NCBI RefSeq assembly: GCF_965237495.1
Contig: NZ_OZ250143.1
Location: 2,533,809 to 2,597,808, forward strand
Origin: Candidatus Palauibacter sp.
GTDB taxonomy: Bacteria; Gemmatimonadota; Gemmatimonadetes; Palauibacterales; Palauibacteraceae
DNA length: 64,000 bases
Direction: 5' to 3'
The notes below the pieces were generated by a model, which saw only the letters and a program-made list of their open reading frames with translations, was not told the origin of the DNA and made no database searches. A program made the translations under genes and the position numbers. Within the stretch, counting starts at the first letter, position 1. Every line of letters starts with the position of its first letter. Of this stretch, positions 11,292-23,601 are shown one piece after another.

Positions 11292-12065
11292 TCAGCCGCA
11301 CAGCACGCTGCCGCCGTTCACGTTGAGGATCTCGCCGGTGATGTGACGGGCGGCGTCGGAGAGGAGGAAGCAGATCGGCCCGGCGATATCCTCGGGCGTC
11401 GCGACGCGCCCGAGCGGGATCAGGGCCAGGGCGGCACGGCCCGCCTCGCCCTGGAGCGCGGGCGCGGACAAGTCCGTGGCGACCCACCCCGGGGCGACGG
11501 CGTTCACGTTGATCGAGCGCGGTCCGAGTTCGGTCGCGATCGACTTGCAGAACGCGTTGATGGCGCCCTTCGATGCCGCGTAGTGGCTGTGCTCCGCCTC
11601 CCCTCGCTGGGCCGCGGTCGAGGAGACGAGGACGATGCGGGAGTCCGGGCCCATTCGGCGCGCGGCCTCGCGCGTGCCGGCGTAGATCGATGTGAGGTTG
11701 ATGTCGAGCATTCGGCGCCATTCATCCGGACCCAGCGCCTCGATCGGCCTCGGGTCCACGTTCCAGATGCCGGCGTTGCCGACGAAGCCATCCAGGCCGC
11801 CGAACTCGGCGTCCGCACGCTCGAACAGCGCGCGACACTCCGCGGGCTCGGCGAGGTCGCCCCCCGCGCACCAGTGGGTCCCTCGCGGGGCCAGTTCTCG
11901 CGCCTCCTCGACTGCCCGCCGCGCTTCATCCGAAGCCCGGTAGTAGGCGACCCCGACGGACGCGCCGGAGGCCGCGAGACAGCGCACCGTCGCGCGGCCG
12001 ATCCCGCGCGAGCCGCCCGTCACGAGTACGCGCTTGCCCGCCAGCCCGGGCAGACTCCCGCTCAT
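11292..12065 (-). CDS. SDR family oxidoreductase (3-oxoacyl-ACP reductase-like)
   Basis: MSGSLPGLAGKRVLVTGGSRGIGRA (Rossmann TGxxxGxG) and YAASKGAINAF (YxxxK catalytic motif); the real start is the internal ATG near 12065. Confidence 0.8.
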   Translation of the reverse strand: MSGSLPGLAGKRVLVTGGSRGIGRATVRCLAASGASVGVAYYRASDEARRAVEEARELAPRGTHWCAGGDLAEPAECRALFERADAEFGGLDGFVGNAGIWNVDPRPIEALGPDEWRRMLDINLTSIYAGTREAARRMGPDSRIVLVSSTAAQRGEAEHSHYAASKGAINAFCKSIATELGPRSINVNAVAPGWVATDLSAPALQGEAGRAALALIPLGRVATPEDIAGPICFLLSDAARHITGEILNVNGGSVLCG

Positions 12066-12439
12066 CCGGCGTCTTCCCGCGCCTCGGCGCGCGTGTGGAA
12101 GCGCTCGCCGATCACGCCGCGCGGACCGATCCGACGCGCGAGGCGGAGCGCCCGGGCCGCGCTCCCGCCGAGGCCCGGTTCGGCGGCGGCTTCGAGCGCG
12201 TACGTAAGGATCGCGTCGGCCGCCAGCAGGTTGATCGCACTTCTGCGAGTTCCCTCCCCGTTGGCGACGGTCTCCAACGCGTCGAGGGCCACGGACACGA
12301 GCCCCTCCTCGTCGTCGCTCGGGACGCCAACCACCAGCGAGCGGATCGCGTCCGCCAGCTCCGGCGGCGCCTCCCGGAGCCGGGCCTGCAACCACGTCTC
12401 GAGTGTGATCGACGGGCCGGTCACGTGGGGCAGGTTCAT
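12062..12439 (-). CDS. hypothetical protein (~125 aa)
   Basis: ORF between alaS and the SDR gene with a 4-nt overlap to the SDR start; composition is protein-like, but I recognise no family. Confidence 0.4.
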   Translation of the reverse strand: MNLPHVTGPSITLETWLQARLREAPPELADAIRSLVVGVPSDDEEGLVSVALDALETVANGEGTRRSAINLLAADAILTYALEAAAEPGLGGSAARALRLARRIGPRGVIGERFHTRAEAREDAG

Positions 12440-12443
12440 GCGA

Positions 12444-15182
<2,739 letters not shown>

Positions 15183-15262
15183 CGTCTGATCTTCCGACCC
15201 GCTGTATTCGGTTTTCCCGTTGCCGGCGGCCGGCCCGGCGGCAGCCGCCGGCCCCGCCCGCC

Positions 15263-15916
15263 CTACGCGCCCGCGCCATCGTCCTCAGGCCAATATGCCT
15301 CGATCCAGGCCCGAACGCTCCCCGCGGAGAACCCCCGCCTCGCCAGATAGGCGAACAGGCGGCGGCGCGCCGCTGCCGGTTCCGTCTCCTTCAGCCTCGA
15401 CGCCCGCCTTACGGCGACGCGCTCGAGCAGCGCGCCCTCCGTGACCCCTTCTTCGGCCATCGCGGCGCGAATCCCCTGCTCGGCAGCCTCGGGCGACACG
15501 CCTCGCGCCAGGAGATCGGACCGCATCCTCCGAACCCCGCACGGCCGCAGCCGAATACGGTCGCGGGCGAAGGCGGCCGCGAACTCCCCGTCGTCCAGAT
15601 ACCCCAGTGCTTCCAGCCGTTCCAGGGCGCGCTCGATCCCCGCCGGATCGATGCGAGCCCGCCCCAGCCGTCGCTCTACTTCCCGGCGGCTCCGCGGACG
15701 GACGGAAAGGTATCGCAGCCCCACTCCCATCGCCTCGGCCCGGGCCGCGGACGCGCGTACGGCGGCGAGTGCGGTCTCGCCGAGGTCGGCCCCGACCTCG
15801 AGCCGCAGGCGGTACACGTCCTCATCGGGAAGCAGGCAGGGGGCGGCCCCGTCGAGTTGGATCTCCGTCCAGCCGGACCGGCGCTTCGCCGGGGAGAGAC
15901 CGGTTACTTCAGGCAT
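15263..15916 (-). CDS. recX: recombination regulator RecX
   Basis: 217 aa, helical repeats rich in Arg/Ala/Glu, and located directly downstream of recA as is typical. Confidence 0.75.
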   Translation of the reverse strand: MPEVTGLSPAKRRSGWTEIQLDGAAPCLLPDEDVYRLRLEVGADLGETALAAVRASAARAEAMGVGLRYLSVRPRSRREVERRLGRARIDPAGIERALERLEALGYLDDGEFAAAFARDRIRLRPCGVRRMRSDLLARGVSPEAAEQGIRAAMAEEGVTEGALLERVAVRRASRLKETEPAAARRRLFAYLARRGFSAGSVRAWIEAYWPEDDGAGA

Positions 15917-15998
15917 GGGCGGTGCGACGGGCCGAAAGGACAGCGTCCTCTTCCCGCACCGGCCGCGGCCGGCGATGGGCCGCGGCCGGTGCCGCGAT

Positions 15999-17097
15999 TC
16001 AGCGGCGCGCCGCCTGATTCATCGACGCGCCGGCCTTGCCGGCGGCTTTGTCCGAGGGCGCACCCTTCGCGGCACCGTCCGGTTCCGGCACCGTCATCCC
16101 GAGTTCCTCGCGGATCCGGGCCTCGATTTCCTCCGCGATGTCGGGATTCTCCCGCAGGAAGGCCTTCGAATTCTCACGGCCCTGGCCGAGCCGGACGTCG
16201 TCTCCGTAGGAGTACCAGGCTCCGGCGCGATTCACGATGCCGTGCTGCTCGCCCATGTCGACCAGGAGGCCTTCCCGGCTCACGCCATGGTTGAACATGA
16301 TGTCGAACTCGGCCTGCTTGAACGGCGGCGCGCACTTGTTCTTGACGATCTTCACGCGCGTCCGGTTGCCGACCAGGTTCGTGCCTTCCTTGATCGACGC
16401 GATCCTGCGGATGTCGAGCCGGAGCGACGCGTAGAACTTCAGCGCCCGGCCGCCCGTCGTCGTCTCGGGACTCCCGTACATCACGCCGATCTTCTCGCGG
16501 ATCTGGTTCGTGAAGATGACGGCGGTGTTCGAGCGGCCGATCGCTCCCGTCAGCTTGCGGAGCGCCTGCGACATGAGCCGCGCATGCAGGCCGACGTGGG
16601 AATCCCCCATCTCGCCCTCGATCTCCGCGCGCGGGACGAGCGCCGCGACGGAGTCGATCACGATGACGTCCAGCGCCCCGGACCGAACGAGCACTTCCGC
16701 GATCTCGAGCGCCTGTTCGCCGGTGTCCGGCTGCGAGACGAGCAGGTTCTCGATGTCGACGCCCAGCTTCTGAGCATACCCCACGTCGAGCGCGTGCTCG
16801 GCGTCGATGAAGGCCGCCACGCCCCCGTCCTTCTGCGCGTTGGCGATCACATGCAGCGTGAGGGTCGTCTTTCCGGAAGATTCCGGGCCGAAGATCTCGC
16901 TGACGCGCGACCTCGGAATCCCTCCGATCCCGGTGCCGTGATCCAGGTTCAGCGCCCCGGTGGAGATGGCCGGGATGCGGACCCGGGCCCCATCGGTCCC
17001 CAGTCTCATGATGGCCCCCTTTCCGTGGGCCCGCTCGATCTGGTTGAGGGCGACGGCAAGCGCTTTCTTCCGCTCCTGGTTCATCTCCACACCCATT
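15999..17097 (-). CDS. recA: recombinase A
   Basis: [22 protein letters not shown]...[16 protein letters not shown]...IDAEHALD...VIDSVAAL is canonical RecA. The start is likely MGVEMNQ (~17097), preceded by GGGAGAG. The track ORF's upstream 40 aa are junk. Confidence 0.92.
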
Positions 17098-17297
17098 TCA
17101 CTCTCCCGGATTCCGAGGGTCCGCGTATGCGACGACCCGACCGCCCATGGCCGGGGGTTTCGTCGGTTCGGTTGCGGCCCGTCGCGACGGAGCTTGAGAA
17201 TACCATGATTCTCGACCTTTCGCAATTTCTTCGGTTTCCTTCCGACCGCGCCGTCCGCTGGCTTCCGACCAGTGTGCGGGCGGGTCTCAACCGGACG

Positions 17298-17684
17298 TCA
17301 ACCGCGGGTCGCGAGGGCGGCCCCGCACGCGGGACAGAAGGCCTCATCGCCGCCCAGCGGCGATGCGCAACCCGGGCAGCTTCCCGGGGGCTCGGGGCCA
17401 TCCCCGGGGCCGCGGGCACGGCCGCCCTCCGCCCCCGAGGCCGCGGCGTTACGCGCTTCCAGGGCCTCCCGCTCCAGGCGCTCGCGGACGGCCGTGTACT
17501 CCTCGTCGGAGAGCTTGCCGGTGCGGTACTCCAGTTCGAGATCCCGGAGCGCCTCGATCGCGGCGTCGCGGCGCTCGGCGGCCCCGAGCGCCGCCCCCGT
17601 GTCCTCTCCGGCCCGTATCGCGGCCCAGATGATCGTGGCGAGGAGCACGAGCAGGATGCCGCCGAAGAGCACGAACCCGGTCAC
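17298..17684 (-). CDS. membrane-anchored zinc-ribbon protein (hypothetical)
   Basis: An N-terminal TM helix, a coiled region, and C-terminal CPGC...CPAC double Cys pairs. A GTG start overlaps the upstream TGA stop (GTGA). Confidence 0.5.
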   Translation of the reverse strand: MTGFVLFGGILLVLLATIIWAAIRAGEDTGAALGAAERRDAAIEALRDLELEYRTGKLSDEEYTAVRERLEREALEARNAAASGAEGGRARGPGDGPEPPGSCPGCASPLGGDEAFCPACGAALATRG

Positions 17685-18160
17685 GCGGGCCTCGCCCTCC
17701 GGCCCGCGGCGAGTTCGAGGGCGCGCTCCGCGGCCTCCACCGCGCCGTCCGCGGTCTCGTCGGTGACGCCCTCGGGGAGCCTCGAGGCGAGTCCGATCAC
17801 GGGAATACCGAACTTCCGGCAGAACGCCGCTTCGCTCAGCGTCCCCCACTCCCCGGCGATCGCGACGACCGCCTCCGAGGCCCGCGCCACCAGCACGTTG
17901 CGCGCCTCGCCGAGTCCCGTGGGGATCGGGATCGTGACCCCGCTCGCCGCACCGGCCGCATCGGAACCGGGCAGGATCCCGACCACCGTACCTCCCTCGG
18001 CCGCGGCGCCCTCCGAGGCGGCTTGCATGACGCCGCCCATGCCGCCGCAGATGACGATCGCGCCGGCGCGGGCGAGGGTCGCCCCCGCGGCCCGCGCCAG
18101 GTCGGCCTCCCGCGCGGTCGCGACGCCCGAGCCGATGATCCCGATCCTCAGCGGACGCAA
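17681..18160 (-). CDS. TIGR00725 / LOG-YgdH-like Rossmann-fold nucleotide-binding protein
   Basis: 159 aa; IGIIGSG...VICGGMGGVMQAASEGA...GEWGTLSE pattern. Confidence 0.65.
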   Translation of the reverse strand: MRPLRIGIIGSGVATAREADLARAAGATLARAGAIVICGGMGGVMQAASEGAAAEGGTVVGILPGSDAAGAASGVTIPIPTGLGEARNVLVARASEAVVAIAGEWGTLSEAAFCRKFGIPVIGLASRLPEGVTDETADGAVEAAERALELAAGRRARPA

Positions 18161-18162
18161 GC

Positions 18163-18597
18163 TCAGCGCTCCAGCTGCAGGGTCACCGGCCCGTCGTTCG
18201 TCAACTCCACCTCCATCATCGCGCCGAACTCGCCTTCCGCCACCTCACCACCCTCCCGGCACAGCGCCACGAATCGCTCGTACAGCGCGCGGGCCGCGGC
18301 GGGCCGCGCGGCACCGACGAAGGAGGGGCGCCTGCCGCGGGATGCATCGCCGTAGAGGGTGAACTGTGAGACGACGAGCAGCGCCGCCCCCGCGTCGCGC
18401 GCCGACCGGTTCATGCGGCCCTCGTCGTCCGCGAACACGCGCAGGCCCCACAGTTTGTCCGCCATCCAGCGCATCCCGGCCTCGGAATCTTCCGGCGCGA
18501 ACCCCACGAGGACCACCAGGCCGAGGCCGATCCGGCCCACGACCTTGCCTCCGACCCTCACCCGGGCCCCGCTGACCCGCTGGATCACGACTCGCAA
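18163..18597 (-). CDS. dtd: D-aminoacyl-tRNA deacylase
   Basis: 144 aa; MRVVIQRVS...GLVVLVGF...SQFTLYGD...GPVTL is a typical Dtd sequence. Confidence 0.85.
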   Translation of the reverse strand: MRVVIQRVSGARVRVGGKVVGRIGLGLVVLVGFAPEDSEAGMRWMADKLWGLRVFADDEGRMNRSARDAGAALLVVSQFTLYGDASRGRRPSFVGAARPAAARALYERFVALCREGGEVAEGEFGAMMEVELTNDGPVTLQLER

Positions 18598-18714
18598 TTA
18601 TGCGACCTCCCCCGGTTCTCAGTGCGCCGACTTGTCCACAGGAAGTGGAAAACCCGGGCCCGCAAAAAGATGCGTCGAGTTTGGGCGTCGAGCGACGGTG
18701 CCGCTGCGTCCACG

Positions 18715-18780
18715 ACAAATCGACTTTATATGGACATTATATCCACATTTTATGGACGCACTTTTTTGGAAAAATATCGC
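18715..18780 (-). promoter_or_regulatory. AT-rich island with a perfect -10 hexamer (TATAAT on the minus strand at ~18736-18741) ~140 nt upstream of dtd; candidate promoter of the dtd-recA array
   Basis: About 30% GC over ~60 nt within a 70% GC genome. attata on + is TATAAT on -. Also a direct repeat TATGGAC x2. Confidence 0.35.
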
Positions 18781-19393
18781 CGGTGCGACCGACGCCCTCT
18801 CCCACACGGAACAACCGGCGATGGGGGGGAGCCGGTGTGGGGGAGTGGCGCCTCCCGAGGGAAATCCTCCCCGGTGTTCCCGCCCGCTTCCCGGCGCACG
18901 GGACCTCGGAGCCACAGGGGGTAGATGCACTCAGCCCCTAGCCGCCCAGAGGGCGTCAGGGGCTGAGCGAGGAGGCTTGTTTACAGCTATCAACCGCCCG
19001 ATCCTGTTAGCTTGCGCGGTCCTTCAGGATCTCTGCGAGCTTCGGTACCCGTTGCCCGATCCAGCTGTGCGTGATCCCTCGTTCGTTGGCCACTTCGTTC
19101 CGTCGCCGGAACTCCGCCGCCTCCGAACCCCGGGGTGCGCGCCCCGGTTCGCGATCCCGCATCGGGCGACTCGCGGTGCGGTCGTCGGCCTCGACCTCCG
19201 GTAGGTCGGTACCGCCTCCCTTGGCACACACGAATACTAAAAAGATTTTTTTCCATCGTCAATCCCCGATGGGACCGAGTCGCAGTTTTTCAAAAAGTTC
19301 GTCAACGAGATGCGCGATTCCCCTAACGATCCGGGAACAGAATTCTCTGTTTTGCGTTTCGTCGCTGCCGTCGGCACGGGTTTCGATAGGGGC

Positions 19394-21381
19394 TCATCGT
19401 CCGGACCAGAGGTCCGCGGGGCGCGCCGATACGCGCGAACCCGACCGCACCAGGTGTTCGAGCAGGCGGTTCAGGAGGGCGTCCGCGGGAAGGGTCCGCC
19501 TGAGTCCGGACACGGTGGCCACGATGACGAGACGGTCCCGGGCGCGGGAGAGCGCGACGTTGAGGAGCCGGGGGAAGTCGCGGTTTCGCCGCTCGTCCAG
19601 GAACCAGCTGCGTCCCGGCGGCGCGTCCACGGTGTCGATGACGACGAGCCTCTTCTCCTGGCCCTGGAAGCGGTGGATGGTACTGATCTGGAGATCGGCC
19701 GGGGCCGCGCGCCCGAGCCGCCGCCGGACGAGGTCCCGCAGCTGCCGCGTCTGCGCCCGGTAGGGGCACACCACGGCGATTTCGGCGAAGCCTTCTCTCG
19801 CGGCCTGCGCGAGGAAGTCCGCCACGACCTCCGCGTGGGTCCGGTTGCGGCGCGATCCGTCCGCCCGTTCGACCCGGGGGTCGAGCCCGCTCGTGTCGAG
19901 CACCGTCACCGGGCGGCCCTTCGTCGCCCGGTCGCGCACTTCCGGCGCGTCCCGCAGGCGCCCGCCGTAGAAGAACTCGCTCACCAGCTCCCGAATGCCG
20001 GGGGCCATCCGGTACTGGAGGTCCAGCATCGCGCAGAGTCCGTCGCTCGCGGACGGCAGACCCGCGTCGCGCACGTTATCCACCACGCCGACTTCCCGGA
20101 ACAGATCCGTCCGGAGCCACCGCTCCGCCGTCGCGGCCGTACTCGTGACGACCGGCGGCAGTTGCTGGAAGTCTCCCACGGCGATCGCGGGCCCCGCCAC
20201 TCGCGACGCCGCGAGCGCCACGTAGGGGAGCGGCGCCGTGCTGGCCTCGTCGATGAGGAGGGACTCGAACCGCAGCCGGCGGAGTTCCTCCCGGATCGAG
20301 AGGCGGGCGAAGGTGGTGAGGACGATGTCGGCCTCCTCGAGCACGCGCTCCGCCTGTCGGGTGATCCCGAGCAGCGCGCGGCCCAGGGTCCGCGCGGCCT
20401 CCGCGTCTCCGCGCGACCTGGCGAGCGAGAGCAGGCGGCCCGCGCGGGCGTAGGGGTTGAAGGCGGAGGCGTCCCCGCGCTTCCCGGCCCCCGCATTCGC
20501 CCCCGGGCGGGCGATCGCCCCGAACTGGCCCTCCAGACCCGCGAGCGTGCGATCCACACCGCCGGCCCCGCCTTCGATCCGCCGCGCCACGGCGGCCCCG
20601 AAGTCGATCCGCGCGTCCGGGGCGCTCCCGAGGTCGAACCCCACCCGGATGATCCGATCCCCGTCGAGGAGGGCCGGGTCGGCGATCGACGCGAGGCGGC
20701 GCGCGATCTCGTCCACCGCGCCGTTCGTCGTCGCCGTGACGAGCACCCGTCCGCGGCGGGCGAGTTCCAGCGCGGCCCGCGCCACGAGTCGCGACTTGCC
20801 CGTTCCCGGCGGACCCCAGACGAGCTGGGCGCTGCTTCCCAACACGCGCTCGAGCGCGTCGCGCTGGGGTTCGTTGAGGTCTTCGGACGAAGCGAGGCGC
20901 GGGGCATCCCGGCCCAGCCGGGGCGGGAGCCTGCCGAACGCCTCGAGCACCGTCTCCGGGAAGAACTCGTCCGGGTCCTCGGCCACTTCGGCCAGCCGGA
21001 GAGAGAGTTCGCGCAGAAGCCAGGTGGGATCGAACTCCAGTTCCGCGCCGTCGAGGCGTTCGCCCAGCCATTCGGGGCTCACCACCTGCAGGAGACCCAA
21101 CGTGCGGTCGAAGCGCTGGACGACGCCCAGCACGTCCCGTGCGCCGGCGTGAATCCGGACGCGGTCGTCCGCCCGGATGTCGTACATTCCGCCCGCGATC
21201 TGGAAGGCGTACCGGTAACCCGTCCCCGCCTCGCCGCGCGAACGCCCGGAGAGCGCCGATACGGGCCGGTCCAGCCCCCGGCGGACCAGGTCCGCCGTCA
21301 CGGCCTCGATCTCTTCCTCGACCGCGAGGCGGAGGTCGGCCACGAGAAGCCACAGCGACTCGAGCGAGTCAGGAGTTTGCA
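19394..21381 (-). CDS. superfamily-1 (Upf1-like, AAA_11/AAA_12) DNA/RNA helicase with an uncharacterised ~170-aa N-terminal domain
   Basis: Walker A VWGPPGTGKSRLVA, motif II LLIDEAST, and a C-terminal IHRFQGQEKRLVVID...LNVALSRAR (AAA_12). The start is MQTPDSL, an internal ATG ~21381. Confidence 0.8.
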
Positions 21382-22866
21382 TGCCGGACCATACGAAGAG
21401 GGCGGATCCTGCGCGCGAGAACGCCCGCACGGACCCCGCGCCCGCGGACTGGAGCCCCGAAACGCTGCGCGCGGCGCTCGGGCGCGCCTCCGAGTGGACG
21501 ATCGACTACCGGCGCCGTGTGGGAGGGTTCCCCGTCTTCCCTGCCATCGAACCCGGCCAGGTGCGGCGCGCACTCGGGGACCGGCCGCCCCGGGAGCCGG
21601 ACCCCTTCGAGCGGGTGCTGGCCGACTTCGATGAGCATATCGTCTCCGGTCTCACGCACTGGAACCATCCGGGCTTCCTCGCGTACTTCTCGAGTTCCAC
21701 GCGGGCGCCGAGCATCGTGGCGGAACTCCTCATCGCCGCGGTCGGGGTCAACGCAATGTTGTGGCGGACCTCGCCCGCCGCGACCGAGGTCGAGCGCACC
21801 GCGGTGGACTGGTTGCGGCAGGCCGTCGGCCTGCCGGCGTCCTTCTCGGGCCTGATCCTCGACACGGCGTCGACGGCCACCTTCACGGCTCTCCTGGCCG
21901 CGCGTGAACTGGCCGGGACGCGAGTCCGGGCAGATGGGCTCGCGGGAGGCCCCGCCCTCGCGGTCTACACCTCCGAGCAGTCGCATTCGTCGGTGGAGAA
22001 ATCGGCGCTTGCCGCCGGGCTGGGGCACCGTTCCGTGCGGCGCATCGCGGTAGACGACGCCTTTCGCATGCGGCCGGAGGCGCTCGAGGCGGCGATCACG
22101 GAGGACCTGGCGAGGGGCGTGCGGCCCACCATGGCGTGCGCGACCATCGGCACGACGTCCACCGGCAGCGTGGACCCGGTGGAGGCGCTGGGGGCGGTGG
22201 CCCGGCGCCACGGCGTGTGGCTGCACGTCGACTCAGCCTACGCCGGGCCCGCGGCGATGGTCCCCGAACAGCGCGAGCATTTCCGCGGCTGGGAGGCGGC
22301 GGACTCGATCGTCCTTAACCCTCACAAGTGGCTCGGGACCTCGCTCGACTGTTCGGTGCTCCTGTACCGGGACGTGGCTCCCTTCCGGGAGTCGCTCGCC
22401 CTCACCCCCACCTACCTCGAATCGGAGGACGACGAGATCGATCTCATGGACATCGGCCTCGCGCTCGGCCGCCGCTTCCGGGGGCTCAAGCTGTGGATGC
22501 TCTTCCGGTGCGTGGGTACCGACGGTCTGGCCGGGACGATGCGGCGGCACATCGCGATGGCCGAGGCGGCGGCGGACCGGCTCGCGGGGGGCGGCGTGTT
22601 CGAGTTGGCCGCCCCGGTGTCGTTCAGCACCATCTGCTTCCGGGCAGCGTCGGGGGGCGATCCGGCGACGGAGGATGGCTGGAACCGCGAGATCCTGGCC
22701 CGGGTCAACGCGGGGGGCCGCTCCTTCATCTCGCACACGGAACTCGCCGGACGTTATGTTCTCCGTTTGTCCGTCGGGAGCGTTCACACGGAGGAGCGCC
22801 ACCTTGACGAGGTGTTGGAGGCGCTGCACCGGGCCGCCGACGAACTCTCACCGGGAGGACCGGGTA
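21381..22866 (+). CDS. pyridoxal-dependent (group II, aromatic-L-amino-acid/glutamate-type) decarboxylase; no stop codon before the next gene
   Basis: HWNHPGFLAYFSS, the LNPHKWL PLP-lysine motif, and C-terminal ...HTEERHLDEVLEALHRAAD. The reading frame continues uninterrupted into the downstream DsbA-like gene. Confidence 0.75.
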
Positions 22867-23552
22867 TGAACGCCACATCACGCATCAGAGTCGTCGCGGC
22901 CCTCCTGCCGGGTCTCGCCCTCGCGTGGGCGGGCTGCGCGGCCGAGGCCGGGAGTACGCAGGAAAGCTCGGTCGTACCGGCCAACGCCGAGGTCGCCCGC
23001 GAACGCGCGGACCGCAGCCGGATCAAGGGCGAGGAGGGCGCCCCCCTGCGGGTGGTGGAGATCTCCGACTTCCAGTGCCCCTTCTGCCGGCAGTTCCACG
23101 AGCAGACGCTCACGCGGATCGACAGCGCGTACATCGAGGCGGGCAAGGTCAGCTACCTGTGGATCGCGTACGCCAACCCCGGACATCCCCAGGCCTTCGT
23201 CTCGACCGAGGCCGCCTACTGTGCCGGGGCCGTGGGCAAGTTCTGGCCCATGCACGACATCCTGTTCGAGCGTCAGGACGAGTGGAGCGGCGTGCCGGAC
23301 CCTTACGCGCAGTTCATGGAATACGCGGACGAGATCGACATCGACACCGAGTCGTTCGGCTCGTGCGTCCGCAACAGCGTACTGGCCCCGCTCGTGCTGC
23401 GTGACTACACCAGCGTGACCCAGGCCGGGATCTCGAGCACGCCCTACTTCATCCTCGGCGACAGCGTGGCCATCCGGGGCGCCGCCGACTTCGGCACCTT
23501 CTCGTCGGCGATCGACACCCTGCTGGTGCTGAAGGGCGGCGGCACGCCATAA
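22867..23552 (+). CDS. DsbA-family thioredoxin-fold lipoprotein (thiol-disulfide oxidoreductase)
   Basis: Lipoprotein signal MNATSRIRVVAALLPGLALAWAGC and a CPFC active site (ISDFQCPFCRQF). GGAGGA sits 6 nt upstream of its ATG. Confidence 0.7.
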
Positions 23553-23601
23553 CCGTCAGAACCGGCGCCGGCCCGCCGGCGCCGCGCCGACGCCGGCCGT
23601 C

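Noticed and set aside
15441-18362. 973-aa plus-strand ORF
   Set aside because: Antisense to recX, recA, TIGR00725 and dtd, which all have unmistakable signatures on the minus strand; Arg/Pro-rich artefact.
19007-19231. 74-aa minus-strand ORF with an HTH-like tail
   Set aside because: Too short and weak to call a CDS. It is mentioned only as a possible transposase/Xis remnant inside the long intergenic region.
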